NCBI GenBank assembly: GCA_904063045.1
Contig: CAJFCJ010000006.1
Span: 2,284,946-2,348,945 of the forward strand
Length of the DNA stretch: 64,000 nt
Source of the DNA: Dimorphilus gyrociliatus
Lineage: Eukaryota; Animalia; Annelida
Direction: 5' to 3'
Part shown: positions 13,295 through 27,121 of the stretch, one piece after another
How positions within the stretch are numbered: the first letter of the stretch is position 1
Layout of the letters: every line of letters begins with the position of its first letter
Notes under the pieces: model-generated
What the model saw: only the letters and a program-made list of their open reading frames with translations
Databases searched by the model: none
Told to the model about the DNA's origin: nothing
Made by a program: the position numbers and the translations under genes

Positions 13295-14526
13295 ATGGAG
13301 CAAGAAAACAGAATAAAAGCTTCTCTTTATAGATTTTTAAAGCGCTTGTCGCATGCAATAGCATCTAGATACGCTTTCATTCATCTTATATTAATTCTTA
13401 TGGTCCTAGATGAAAATAGTAAATCAGAGAGGTTTGTTTTTCTTTTTTTTTTACAAGTTGCTTTTAAGACGTCTAACCGGCTTTAAGTATTGAATTATAA
13501 TTATTTTATGGCTATTGAATTTACAATGTAAATATATATAGTATATACAAATGGATAAATTTGATTATGAACCTGTTATATCTCAATTAATTTCCTTGAA
13601 GGAGGTTAATCACAATTACTTAACTAAAAAATAAGCTTTCAGTTGACAATTGTGAAATTATCATCACTTTTAGCGACCATAAAATTATCAATTAGTCAAA
13701 AATCAGAAGAAATCTGGCTAAATATAATTAGAAATATTTTTATTTAAAAAATTTACTTTCAATCTGTCACGATGAGAAAGATCGTGATTGAAATACGATA
13801 GTACACTTGAATATATTATCTATTAGTCTATAATATACATTTATTCATTATTAAGATAAATATATATTTACTTTCAGACCGGATCCCTACCCAAAACCTT
13901 ACATATATGGTTACTTAGGAGTTCTTTTGTTGGCTGGTTTCACTAATAGTGCCCACATGTTCAAATTGCAGTCCTCTATTTTGACCGGTGCATCTTTTCT
14001 TGTATCGTTGGTTTATGCATCCAGAGAAGGAAAATTAAATTATAAAGATTACAGCTTAATAAGATTCTGTTCTTGCCATATTGGAATTTCTGGTGTCATG
14101 TTCATTTATACTTACTTTAGTAACAATCGTAAATCGCGTACACTCTTGCGTATAGGAGAAGCACTCTTAGGTACACACGTACTATGCTTGTGTTACTTAT
14201 TTATGCAAAGTCAAGCTGATATTGGTACTTTATTGAAATTTACTTATGGAGGTCAAATTCTACATTATATTTTATTAATGATTTTGGGACTATCAATGTT
14301 ATGTCTACTGCCTGGTTTCTTCGTTAGAGATATCCTACATTTCTTACTCGTTGCCGAGATTTTATTGATAATATTTGTTTATGGAAATCTTAGATATTGG
14401 AACGTTAAACACAAAATTTTCTATTGGAATCAAGTTAGAGTTATTGCCGACTTATCTTTTGTTTGTTTTGGTATCATAATGTATATTTCGGATACAAAAC
14501 GAAAAGACTATTCTAAGATGGAGTAG
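13295..14526 (+). CDS. TMEM101: Transmembrane protein 101-like (2 exons)
   Basis: RKSRTLLRIGEALLGTHVLCLCY and GNLRYWNVKHKIFYWNQVRVIAD align with TMEM101 RSRSLQSTGQVFLGIYLICVAY and GNVAYWHNTRRVEFWNQMKLLGE. Exon 1 is 13295-~13431 and exon 2 starts at ~13878. Confidence 0.8.
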
Positions 14527-15098
14527 CTCTTAACTAGAACATATTTTGTCTTACAATCAGAAAAGTTCAATGGTTATTTATGATTTAAAAAAACATCCTA
14601 TTTTCTGTATAAATAATGGAAAAACTAGGACAAAAAATGTTTAAAAAAATTCTTGTTTCGTTTCGAATATACCGTTTGTCTCTATAGCTTTGTTCTGTTT
14701 TAGCAATTTCTAAATTTGTTTGTCATATACAAGAGATATTTTCCAGACGGGAAAAAAGATGTAATAAAAAAATGTTACAGAGATTGTTTCTGCAATGTCT
14801 TTCAAATGCTTCAGTGTGGATAATAAATATTTTACTAAACCTAATAAAGCATATCTATAATCGTGAGAAAAGAATTAAATATCCACAAGGTAGTCATGAC
14901 AACACACATATTTTTTTCGTATATCATTAAATGTATACAGTGTTATATGTTAAAGTATATACAGGATTGACATTTAAAAGTTTATTTCTTTTTCCAAGAA
15001 CATCGTTGAAATGCACTTCTTTCACATATCAATTGTCTTTGCGTTTTCAATTATTATCCACAAGATAATCTTTATCACTTCAAGTGCATGATGTCGTG

Positions 15099-16475
15099 TC
15101 ACATTTCATCGACGAGAACTTTTGCCCCTCTATTTATTCGATGAATTTCTAATACGGTATTCTCTGTTACGTCCATATTTTCTATTTTCATTTTTATTCC
15201 AGAGAATTTCTCTTCAGGCATATTCTTATTACCGATAACTGGCATATTCGAAGGTATTGATTCTTTTTCACTCTCGGTTGTTAGAGGATTTTCTTCGATT
15301 TTAACGTTATCAGTGGTTGAATTCTCATTAGAGAAATCATCATTGGCCAATGTATTAGCCTTTGCTGGGACGGATTTAACATCATCATCCGTATGCAGTA
15401 ATTGTCTTCCGGATCCGCCATAAATACCAGAATTATCAACTCTTGCAAAATTTTTCTGTACATCTTTCAGCATATTCTTTGTTTCTTCTGATAAACTGTT
15501 TCCACTTTGATTACCACCAAATGGATATGACGGCATAAGAATAAGAGCAAATGATAAAAGTAAAACTGCCAAACAAGTGTTAGTTTGAGCCGGACGTGAA
15601 GCGGATGAAGTTAACATCGATTGTAAACGTTTCAATTGATCTGTTAACGAGGAATTCTCCCTTTGTAGGGAGGTCACTTTCTTTTGAAGTTGTGAATTTT
15701 GAGCTGTGCATATTTTGACTCTCTTTTCTAAGCCGTCAACATATTCTTGTTTACGTTTTCTTGATTCTTTGGCTGAGATTTTATTACGAATTTTGCGACG
15801 GATTCCTTTTAGTTGCCTTTCCTCTTCCTTAGTTAAAGGCAGGTGAGTAGGCAACTGAATACCTTCACGGGCTAACAAGACTTGTTCTTCTTCAGTTAGC
15901 GAAAGATGATCTCCATTTTGTTTCTCTTCTCCCTCTTCATCAGTAATAGGACTGAGCTGAACGTCCTGGACAGTGTATGGGATATTAGATTCATTATTAT
16001 CTATAGCAGAGAGATCAACATAGGAATATAAATCATTTGTTTTCTGATCTGTAGTGCCTACAAAAGCGTCAGCATTGATTGTATTGTCTGGAAATATATC
16101 ATCTATGTTATATCTTTCTGGACTTGCGTCTGATGTGTATGGGGACGATACACCGCTATCACTGTTGTTTCGTTTGTGTTGTACTCTAACTGAACAGTAT
16201 GGGTGATCATTTTCTATCACTGTAGCACTATTTTCTTCAGTAACTGTATCTTCAAAATTGGTGAAAAACGCAAAATCGGATTCTTCAAAATCTTTCAAAA
16301 CATCATCCTTTAGTAGAAATTGTTTAGTATTAGTAATGCTGGATATAGGGGATTGTTTAGACCTTACCGTTTTGCTAGAAACGTCTTTTAGAATACCAAA
16401 GTCCTTATCGAATAGGATGTCCAATATATCTGAACCACCGGCAGGATCTGACATTTGAACGATTGTATCGTCCAT
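15099..16475 (-). CDS. CREB3: CREB3/Luman-family membrane-tethered bZIP transcription factor, single exon, 458 aa
   Basis: bZIP ([28 protein letters not shown]), TM segment [16 protein letters not shown], luminal S1P-type site RQLL, and C-terminal DEM. The exact paralog (CREB3 vs CREB3L3/L4) is not resolvable. Confidence 0.9.
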   Translation of the reverse strand: MDDTIVQMSDPAGGSDILDILFDKDFGILKDVSSKTVRSKQSPISSITNTKQFLLKDDVLKDFEESDFAFFTNFEDTVTEENSATVIENDHPYCSVRVQHKRNNSDSGVSSPYTSDASPERYNIDDIFPDNTINADAFVGTTDQKTNDLYSYVDLSAIDNNESNIPYTVQDVQLSPITDEEGEEKQNGDHLSLTEEEQVLLAREGIQLPTHLPLTKEEERQLKGIRRKIRNKISAKESRKRKQEYVDGLEKRVKICTAQNSQLQKKVTSLQRENSSLTDQLKRLQSMLTSSASRPAQTNTCLAVLLLSFALILMPSYPFGGNQSGNSLSEETKNMLKDVQKNFARVDNSGIYGGSGRQLLHTDDDVKSVPAKANTLANDDFSNENSTTDNVKIEENPLTTESEKESIPSNMPVIGNKNMPEEKFSGIKMKIENMDVTENTVLEIHRINRGAKVLVDEM

Positions 16476-16581
16476 TATTTCTTATAACTGACACGTTGGG
16501 AGGAGGTTCTCGCGGTGAAAGCTACGTATACCGAAATGATCAAGCAGTTGTGTTGTATCTGAGTCATCAAAATTCCGCGTC

Positions 16582-16589
16582 TGACGTGG
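16582..16589 (+). promoter_or_regulatory. UPRE/CRE-like element TGACGTGG upstream of CREB3
   Basis: Exact TGACGTGG about 107 bp upstream of the CREB3 ATG, with AP-1 TGAGTCA (16560-16566) and ETS CCGGAAGT nearby. Confidence 0.4.
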
Positions 16590-17195
16590 CCAGCTGGCCG
16601 GAAGTTGCAACATATGTAGTCTGGCGACCTGTTGTTACACGTTCTGACAGATTAAGTTTAAAGAAAAAACTAAATACATGACTAGAATCCCAGAAGAGGA
16701 AGTTCATTGAAAATTTTCTTTTTCAGAAATTTTTTGTTTTGAGTAGTTAAAAAAACCACATTAAGACTGTTTTTACAATAAAAAGTGAGCAAGAAAAAAC
16801 AATTTAAAACAATGTGACAATAGATGGCGTAGGATTATTACTGTATTATTTTTGATAGATAAAATTAAATAAGACTAGAAAATAAATCATTTGACATAAT
16901 TTAATTACCTAATCAATTAACTGATGTAGGTGTAAAACGCCACCTATATAGTTTTTAACGTACTAAATGCAATATTATCTGTGGAATGGTAAAACACTCT
17001 GATATTAGCTTAAAATATAGAATTCTGCTGGTGCAAGCTTAATCAATATTTCCTTCGATTACGCAAAACATAGCTACACTACCCTTCAATTTTATCCCAT
17101 CTACTGCAATTGATTGAAAGGGTGTATTTTGGTGTATTTGCATTTGACCTTAAAGTTTATTAGATAACTAATTTACATATTCCTGATCTATCCAA

Positions 17196-18798
17196 ATGGC
17201 TCTTCAAGAAGATGATGAAAAGAAGCTTTCGGAAATCTTTGATATTGTATATAAGAACTATATTTTTTGTGAAACCACAAATGAATCCAGTTCCAGTGTA
17301 ATTGTTCAGGTTAATTAAATTTTATTCAATAAGATTTTAAATATTACATTGCTCTATCTTCTATCTTTTTAGAAAAAAGTCAAAGAATCATTTGAAATAT
17401 GTGAAAAATTAGTCGCTATGGTAAATTCTTTGGAATTATTTAGCAAAAATGAACGTCTTGAAGAGATTTCAACTTCTGATATCAAGTTTGTCATTTTTTG
17501 AAATTAGTAATAGTATTGAAAAGATTTAAATATTGAAATAATTTATTCTTTAGAATGATGATGTTACCGGCTTTTATGGGCTATTATAGAGGAAAAGTAA
17601 CAAAAGATGACCGAATGAGCGTTTTGAAAGAATCTCAGGTTTTTAAATTTTCTTCTCTTTTACTTGATATCACTTTTTTCAATTTTAGATTTTCTTTATT
17701 GATTTTCTCAAATTGGCAAAACTTTATGGAATTGCAAGCATTGATTTGCCAAATGTTGGAGAGGAAAACGTTAGGTATGAAAAACAATACTCCACATGCA
17801 AAAAACTAAAACTACTAATAAATTCTGTATTCAATCTTTCAGTGAATTAGAAAATTCTAAAACACAAACGGAAAATTTGGTAGAAATGTCAAATATAAGA
17901 GCAAAAAAGATTGAAAGGCATAGGGAGAAAGTTAAGTTAAAAGAAAAACTTAACGAGTTACGATCAGCCATTGATAAGCCCAGCGCTGATGAAGAAATTG
18001 TTGTACGTAGCAATGACAATTTGAAACATACTAATAGATTGAATATTATACGAATATCATTTTTCTTTCAATTCTGACTTTAGAGAGATTTTTATATAAC
18101 TCAATTAAAAGAATGGGTTTCTTTATCATATGAAGAATTAGATAATATTGATAGTAAGTATTTTGTTTGAATTATCTTATACAGAATTATTATCATCCCT
18201 TATTCGATTAACAGGAGAGTTAGAAATTTTTAACTTCATGAAGAATAGATCAGCCTCCGACTCCTCCGAAGTGGGAACGAAGCCAAAAGAGCAACCAGTA
18301 AATTACATTATCACTATTCATATACAATAGCTTTCATTTGTACTTTTGTCTGCTTTTAGAAAAAACCTTTGAGACCCTTTATATTAACCAAATCTGCCGT
18401 TCAAGCAGCTGTTTTTGGAGCAGGATATCCTAGTTTACCTACTTACACCTTAGAAGAGTTTTATGAAGAGCAATTTGCAAATGGCAACGTTCCTCCTGCT
18501 AAGTATATATGTTATAAGCAGCTTTCATAGGTTCTTCTAATTCTCTTTCATTTAAAGTCCGACTCTGCTAAAAATGTCTGCTGAGGAAAGGGAAGCTTTG
18601 GAACAAGAAGAGCGAGATAAATCCGAAGTTGAGAAAGAGCAAAAACTTGAAAAAGACGATGAAGAGGCTGTACAACATTCCAGAGAGTGGGACGATTATA
18701 AAGATGGTTTGTTTGAAAAATTTTATTTTCATTTTCGTAACCAACTGCTTCTTTTAGAACACCGAACCGGATGGGGAAATACCCAGAACAGGGGATAA
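17196..18798 (+). CDS. IGBP1: Immunoglobulin-binding protein 1 / alpha4 / TAP42 (PP2A regulator)
   Basis: LELFSKNERLEEISTSDIK, IRAKKIERHREK, VFGAGYPSLPTYTLEEFYE and the C-terminal REWDDYKDEHRTGWGNTQNRG. Confidence 0.95.
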
Positions 18799-19089
18799 GA
18801 AATCATTTGTCTGATAAACTTTTGTTTACTTGTAAACTCTTTAAGATACATTTTACGTTTAATTACAATAAAACACGACTTATGCTAAATATAAAAGATA
18901 CTTTTTCATGTAAATTCAAGTTCATGTCATCTTGAAAATATACAAGCAAATAAACATACAATCCCGCTCAAATATATGGTTTAAAATTTATATTCAATTT
19001 ACAAAATGTAAGAAACAAGATATATTCCATGATGATACCTGAACCGTTTGAAATATCATTTATTAACAAAGTATCTATTAACCAATGAA

Positions 19090-20527
19090 TTAATTCCAAT
19101 TTGGGGGAGGAGGAGGAGGGCGATTAGATGGAGGAGGTGGAGGTGGAGGAGCCCCACTAGGCGGCGGCGGCGGCGGTGGCCCAGGAGTTGGTGGTCCCAT
19201 TGGAGGCATATTTTGTGGAATTCCTGGTCTTGGAGGACCTGAAACAGAATGTATATACAGCAACAGTACAAGTGTATAAATTAATGTCTTACCTGGTGGG
19301 GGATATGGTGACATCCCGTGGGGAGGTGGTCCAGGAGGAGGCATAGAGGGAGGAATAGGTGGTGGTGGTGGCCTCTGAAAGTGTCCTTGTTGCCGAACGA
19401 AATTTGATGGGGGAACTGGAGGAGGAGGGGGACGATGCATGTTTCCACCTCCTGGCATTGGAGGTGGAGGTGGTTGGAAATTTGCTGGTGGCATTGGAGG
19501 AGGGGGAGGTGTGTTCATAGGCATCATTGGAGGCATTGGGCTTGGGGGTATTGGTGGAGCATCAGCGAACAGTTGATGAGGTCTATCAGCTTGTGACAGT
19601 GGGTTTTGAGCTGCCAATAGACGTTCAGCCGCTGATCCGTGTCTTTCTCCCTTTGAATCCTTCTTGAAAGCGTACGAAATAGTAATCGCTCTGAAACAGA
19701 ATAATAATTACATTTTTTCTGAAGTGATCTACAGATTACTAGTGTACCTGTTGCATAGATATTGTCCATTCATTGCCTCAATAGCAGCATCAGAGGCATC
19801 AAAGTTAGCATAATTTATAAAAGCGAAACCTTTTGAGTTCCCTGTGTCTGGATCTCTCATAATTTTCGGAGTTTGTAATATCACTCCAAAAGCACTGAAT
19901 GTATCGTATAACAACTTTTCATCAACTTCTGGATCAAGATTTCCAATAAATATATTTGCTCCAACATCTAAATTCTTTTGATGGGCTGAAGCCTATTCAG
20001 TAGACATAAATATAAGATAATACTGAACATATTACGATTTTTTTACACTAACCTTATTTACACGTATAGGCTTCCCATACAACTTTATCATGTTCATAAT
20101 TTTTATAGCATAATCTGCATCTTCTTCACCCAAAAACTCTACAAAGCCATAACCTTGATGGTTCATGGATATGCGATCCTTAGGCATGTGAACGTTCACT
20201 GTAAATGTAAACTATTTAGTGGAGGAATATAAATTTGGTTGTCAACTTACCAACGGGACCTCCTTGCAGGAAAAGTTCCCATAAAATTGACTCTGACACT
20301 TTCTCATCAAGACCACCGACATAGACGGTTGCGTCTGAAATACGTAAAATTTACCAAATATCACTCAATCAAATAATTTTCAAATAGATTTCTCAGAGTT
20401 CGACATATTACAATGCAATAGATAGGCTACTTTTTGTAAAATAATTTAATGATACTGCTAACTAAAAATTACAGCTTGAGTATGTCTATTTACCTTGATT
20501 TCTCTCGGCTATCGGACCGGCAGCCAT
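19090..20527 (-). CDS. SF3B4: Splicing factor 3B subunit 4 (SAP49)
   Basis: [48 protein letters not shown], two RRMs, and a proline-rich C-terminus. Confidence 0.97.
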
Positions 20528-21132
20528 TTTATGTCGATCTGAAAGCGATAGCTGAAGCCGACAACTATACTATATACGAGCACGAAACTATTACCCAATT
20601 TTTTGCGATGTCCATAAATCACTTTGAGAACCAATTACGGGGCTTTTTCTTAAAGTAAAGTTATCATATTTATCAGTTAGCTCCTTGAATAAGTTAAACA
20701 TTTTTTACAACAGTAATCTAATTTTTAATTCAAATTAAATTTATAAGAAGCTATTTGATATCTCTCAAGATTAGCTTTTTACATAAACTTTATTAATGAA
20801 TAATTTGATCCCTTACTAAATAAAGTGGCTTTTTCAATCGTTATGAGAAAATAGACTTGCAATATAATCCAAGATAACAATGTAATTTTAATTCTTTTTC
20901 TGTCGATGTTACAAAATAATTTTAAAAACACCAACAAAAATGTAATTTTTCAAGACAAACAAACTACTGTGAGTAGTTTGAAAATATCATTGATAACAAA
21001 CTAATAAAGTCTATTAATAATTAGGGTTTAAAAAATTTCAACTCTTATTATACTATTTCTCTGCAAAACAGTCAAGGACAAGGACGATAACGAAATAAGA
21101 ACATTTCTTGGATATTGAAAAAAAACTAAATA

Positions 21133-21950
21133 ATGGGAAGCTCTAATAGTTCACAGACTAAATCCGTAACACTTAATAAGGAGGATACTGTTGTGAGAGT
21201 AAGTGTTTGGACATTTAATTACGGTGTTTTTAGAATATTTGGCTAATGTTGAGCGATATTAAGAAGATTTGACATCTAACTTGGTTGTGTTTTTGTTTCA
21301 TTAGGTTTCTGAAAATGTTGCTAGAAGATTAACTGGAAAGCCTGAATTAGAAGGTATGATAAAAATATGATTTCATCATAGAGTGAAACATTTTTATTGC
21401 AGAACCGGAATATTCCAGTTCGGAAACTTTAACTCCTGATGAAAAAGATAAAATTAGCCAACTTAAATCTCTTTATGAAGCAGAAATAGCTAAGATTGAA
21501 GAGAAAGTAAGATAATTTAATGTAAAAACAGAAATACTGATTATTTTTAAATAAATACATTATACTTTTTAGAAAGAAGCACTTACTTTAATGGGAGTTG
21601 GAGAATTTGAAAAAGCAATTCAAGAAGTAGAGCATAAATTTATGTAAGAAAAACTATATAATAAAAAAATGGCTTTACTCTAAAATTACTATTTTTTCCA
21701 TATTTTTCTTGTTCAGGACTGTAACTCGTCCTGCCGTCTGCGAGGATTTACAGAAACAAATAATGGAATGCTATTCTGCTAATAAAGATAGAAGTTTACA
21801 GTGTTCATCTGTAGCAAAAGCTTTTAGTGAATGTGTTAGGAAAACCAGAGAGGTAAACAGACAAATATTAATTTAATTTCTTTTCTCAACTCTTAAAAAT
21901 AATTGCTTTGTTTTCTCTTTTTCCAGAAAACTATAATTGAGACTCAATAG
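21133..21950 (+). CDS. CHCHD3: MICOS subunit MIC19/MIC25 family (CHCH domain)
   Basis: MGSSNS myristoylation start, VVRVSENVARRL, and twin CX9C (CEDLQKQIMEC...CSSVAKAFSEC). Stop TAG 21948-21950. Confidence 0.85.
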
Positions 21951-22040
21951 TCATAATATATATAGCTACAAATGCATAACAAAACTTTTTCAAAGATTAA
22001 ATTTTAAAGATCAAATTAGAAACATCTAATGATATATTTG

Positions 22041-24673
22041 TTAGGATTCTTCATCTTCACTTTCACTATCTCCAAAGACGTCATTTTGAACTTGTCTTTG
22101 GCTTTGAGCTATTAGAGTAGCTTGACTTGCAAGTAACTTGGTTATATTGCCTGCTGAGCTTTCCATTTCATGAAATGATGGTGGAACAAACACAGAATTA
22201 TCAGTTTTCTCATGTTCAGCTAGACTTTCTTTAAAATTTTCGCTTTCGTCTTCAATCTCTGCATCTGGATTCTTTCGAAGAATTGCCCGTTTTTCCCTTT
22301 CTTTCATATCATCAGCTCGGGAGGATATCACATTTTTGAGTTCAGATAGCATTTTTATAGCATGTTTTTTCTGATCTTTACAAGTTTCTCTTGTATCGGT
22401 ATCGCTATTGTAATCTTCTTCTTGTTTAAGTTCGGAAACACCTTCGAAAACTTCATCTTCTACTTGTAAATCATCTTCAGCGGAAATTTCTATAACATTT
22501 CTTCCAGGTAAATCGTTTGAGGGAGAATCCTCCTCAGGCTCGACATCTTAATGATAATTTCGAAATAGAAGTAAAATTAGAGCATCTGGGATGTAGAAAA
22601 AAGGTACCTCTAGACTGATTCACTTTATCATCTTCTGATGAGATAATTCTAAGTCCTTCATCTATACATTCGCAGCAAGAATTTACTATTGACTTAAGTA
22701 CACTTAATTCATCGTGTATATTATCTTCAAATGAGTTATCCATTTGAGACTCCAGTTCCTGAGATCTATGAAAGTACCTTAATTATAAGAAGTCAGGATA
22801 ATTATACATAAGACAAAAATAACCGTTTAAAAGCAGAATGTAAGTGAATTATTAAGCTATGCACTATATCAGAAACCTCTTCTGTCTTAGTATGTTTTTC
22901 CAAACTCTCACAATTGTTCTGTTGCTTTGTATTCTCAACAGCTTCTTCGAGTTTGCACAATTTATAGTATTTTTCTATATCTGACATATGACTATCGACA
23001 ATTACCAGTAATTCGTTTAGAGAAGATTGAATAAATGAGCAATCTAATTTGAGAAAGAATTGAATATAAATTAAATATGGAATACTACAGAAAGAAGAAG
23101 CAATTTTATACCTATATCCCATTGTACGTATGTTGTGTTTATAATAATAAGAATTCTTCGAATATACTGAGAAGCGTATAATTGGAATATGTAAGATTGG
23201 TGTTTCAGTTGGGATAAAGTAATGCCCTGGTCAAAATTGACAGATATCAATTCTTTTTTAGACAAGTAATATCCTTCATCGTCCAAAGGTTCATATAAAT
23301 TTATTCTACAACGAAAATATTTTTATTTATTGATATACAAACTTTTCGAAATATTACCCGTCTAATAAACTGATTGTGCTCTTCCTCGTATTATCAACCA
23401 GACTGTTGTATTTTTCTTTTATTACTTTTCTTAAATTCTCAAATTGAAGAGATTTTCTTGCTCTTTCCTCATTTACCAATGAATTGTTTACTCTGGTAAT
23501 ACTACATAAATAAAATTTTGACTAAAAGGTTAAGCTTTCAGTAGAGAAACTAATTAGATTATACAAACAAAGTATATCCTCTAAAAGCCAATTCCATCTC
23601 TAATAGAAACCGAAGACAGGTTTTGTTAAGTTGTTTTAATTTCTTAATTCTTTGAGTAAATGTAATAACCAAATCTAGCATAGTATTTAAATCCGATAGA
23701 GAATCCTTCTTATCTGATATTTTTATGGTTTGTGCTGTTTATTTTTAATATCAAATTAGTTATTAAACTTACAGAAAACCCATTTAAATGATATGAAGGC
23801 TAAAAGAAATAAGAAAGTATAATATCTGAAGGTTGGGTACAGTGCAATTATTCCAAAAAGAATTCCAGTAATATATCCAGTTGACGGAATTCTGTAATGA
23901 TCAATTATTGAACTTTCACATATTTATTCATTCCAAGAGGTTTTACTTAGTGTCTGCTCTTTTCAAGTACTCTTGTGGTTGGGATTTGCTTCCAAAACCA
24001 TGCTTTCTTTGTTCTTCTACCATTATTGATGAATACGTACGAATAAACGATTCATCTTCTTCTTCAAGAACAGCAGCTTCCAAAATTTCATTTGTTTTTT
24101 TTATAACAATATCTCTTTTCTATTTTTAATCACAAAATAAGATAAGGTATTTTTTTCTTACTGAGATGCTGATAATGGTTATTTTACCTGTTGGTCCAAA
24201 CCGAAAGTCCACCATTCGTCAAATTTATTAAGTAGATTTGAAAAAATATTCTCACTGGCAGTTGACAAAGACTTTCTCTTATTATCTTTACCTTGAGTCT
24301 ATAAAATGTATAGAAATTGAACACTCACTCGTGGAAACAAATTGATTAGGATTAACTTACGATATCGCTTTTTTCCAATAATAAATCAGTATCGTCTAAT
24401 CCAGCTTCTTTAAAATATTGATGAAATACGGAATTCTGGTAAAACGTCAAATGAAAAATGTATACTTTTTCGTAAAATGAAAGATTGAAGTTTTTATTAT
24501 TATATTATCGCTCAAATAAAAAATATTTTTCATGAAATGGTGATTTTTTAATGACTGGAAATCATAATTTGAATACTCAAACAAATATCAGTTAATATTC
24601 ATGCAATACTTTAAATAAAAGAGATCAATAGTATTACCTCATAGACAACATTTTCATCCTCAAGATCATCCAT
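22041..24673 (-). CDS. VEZT: Vezatin
   Basis: MDDLEDENVVYENSVFHQYF resembles vezatin EEVVFENSPLYQYL. A TM exon (YITGILFGIIALYPTFRYYTFLFLLAFISF) is followed by LLEMELAFRGYTL, resembling IQETEVISRGFTL. Acidic C-terminus. Confidence 0.8.
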
Positions 24674-24910
24674 TCTGAACGTCTAGTAAACAGTAACCTG
24701 AAAAAGCGCCAAATACAAAAAAGCAAAAAAAAACAAAACTACTTTAATGATCTTTTACTATAGCAATTAGATTGTTTATTGTTATTATTTTGTTTATTTT
24801 TTTTGTCTTCATAAAATTTTTATATGTAAATAAGAAAGAAGAGAGATAAATTGATTTGCATATTTTAGTTTAATAAAATACATTTGTATTTGTCAGCTGA
24901 ATAAAAAAAT

Positions 24911-25974
24911 TTAACTTGGATAAATATTTTGAATCCATTCATGTAAATTCTTCATTTCAGTATTGGTAATTTCATGAAAACAATTATGTCTATGAAATTG
25001 AGATTGTACATTTTTGGAAGTTAATTTTTGATTTGTTAACTCTCCCCATTCAAAGGGAACTACAAAGTCTTTAGTTCCATGAGCTTGATAAACTGCAGGT
25101 AGTGAAGATTCGTCTGCACCATCTAAAGACTGTAAGGAATGACATTTTAAAACAAAACATTTATTAGTCTGATAAATTGTGGTAAACAAGGTATTCTGGT
25201 AATTTGAGCTGACCTTATAAACTGTTGAACTTTTATTTAAAAATGAAGATAGGCAAAATACGGCTTTAAATTCTCTTCTATGTTTCAATGTATAATAAAG
25301 AGATAAAGCTCCGCCCATGGAAAAACCTCCTATAAAATAAAAACGTATAATATTTCCATGTGAAAATTGTAGTGTGTCTCCTTTAAGTACAAACCAATTA
25401 AAATTCTATCTGTTGGTATGCCATTTTCTATTTCGTTGTTAACTATGTCGTCCAGGTGTTTGCAAGCAGTATCTAAAGACGGCACGTTTTCATCTGCGTA
25501 GAGGGATATCTTGTCTCTATCGAACCAAACATTCCATGGTTTTCCTAAGGAAAAATGAAATTCAAGATAAATAGTCCCTCAAGATGTTGTTCTTTGTGGA
25601 AAGATGGTTCAATGCTTTGTAATACTAGACTGCAGATTTTATATTGTTCTTTTGAAAGTTAATACTTGTTTGTCTGCACAAATGTCATACTTACCCTGAA
25701 CTGGAGAATATGGTTGACATGGCGCCGAAGGATATAATATTTTAATATTGGGGAACACAAATTTGCTGCCAAAGACCTTTCTTATCCAATCTTTTGCGCC
25801 TTGGCCGCTGTCACCTTTTAGACGTGTAAATTTTAGAGCATTAAACAATTTTGAGCGTTAATAGAGGAATTTAGATTTAATTTTACCAGATCCGTGTAAA
25901 AATATTAAAGAAGCAGTTTGTTTTCGAGTTGCCTCAGTAACTAGAATTGGAGCGAGTATTTTCAATCCATTCAT
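24911..25974 (-). CDS. LYPLAL1: Lysophospholipase-like 1 (alpha/beta hydrolase)
   Basis: ASLIFLHGSGDSGQG, PWNVWFDRDKIS, catalytic GGFSMGG, HGTKDFVVPFEWG and FHEI give an intact Ser-Asp-His triad. Confidence 0.92.
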
Positions 25975-26063
25975 TATTAGAAAAATTAATTATATCTGCT
26001 AAAGATAACAATTCAAGGTTCGCAGGTCGCCACCTGACAAGAAAAAAACTAGTCTAGCAGACG

Positions 26064-26969
26064 ATGTCTTCCGGCAAGGACAAACCGTATGTTATCCTAC
26101 TAAAATCACCGAAAGATACCAAAAAGGATCCATTTCAGGACCTTTTAACAGAAAATAATATTGAATCTGTTTGTATACCAGTTTTAAAATATGCCTTTGA
26201 TATAGATAAACTGTCTACCAGTCTGAAAAATCCAAATTATTTTTCGGCTTTAGTTCTTACCAGTCAAAGATCATGCGAAGCTTTAAAACTCTGCACGGAG
26301 AACATTAAAGTAACTTTGAAGTTCTAATTATAAAATTATGTATCCCAAGAGTAATTTAAGTTCATACATTATTATAAACTAATTAGAATGGTTCCCCTCT
26401 GATAAAAACAAAACTTCTTTGTTACTTTAAAGAATGATTGGAATAAATTACCGTGTTACGCGATCGGAGAGGCAACAAAAGATGAAGCGATAAAGCTGGG
26501 ATTATTTGTGATAGATAATGCAAAAAATGCTTCACTGTTGGCCGAAAAGATTATAGAATCCAAGGATCGTTTTAAAAAACCTTTACTGTTTCCATGTAGT
26601 TCAATTAAAAGGGATGAACTAATAATTAAATTGAAAAGTGAAAACATTGCTCTCGAATGTATTACTTGCTACAATACTATTCCTGATACCGAATGGCCAG
26701 TTCATTTGAACAGGATTACCGAGAAGGTTTTACTGTGTTCGGTGCTATTTTTGATATTTTTCAGTCCGTCGGGTGTTAAGTCGTTTATCAATCAAAATGA
26801 TAACGATATAGTCAACAAATTAATAAATGTGAAGAATAAGCGAATTGTGTCTATAGGAGTCACCACGGCAACAGCACTTAGAGAATCTGGATTCAAAGTT
26901 GACGGAATCTGTGAGAACCCTAATGCTCAAAGTTGCGTTGAAGCTATACAAATAATTCTATCTAATTAA
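26064..26969 (+). CDS. UROS: Uroporphyrinogen-III synthase (2 exons)
   Basis: Motifs LVLTSQRSCEA, YAIGEAT, NASLLAEKI, PLLFPCSSIKRDEL, FFSPSGV and VSIGVTTATAL. Confidence 0.92.
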
Positions 26970-27121
26970 TTTACGTATAAATGATTGTAGTATATTGAAT
27001 TCTTTAATTAATGAAATGCAATGCGATCGTTTTATGCTAAATTTCTATTCTTTGTCAATAACAAACAAACTATGAACTAATTAAAAAAATACCGAAGCAC
27101 CAAAAAGAAAGCATTTTTTCT

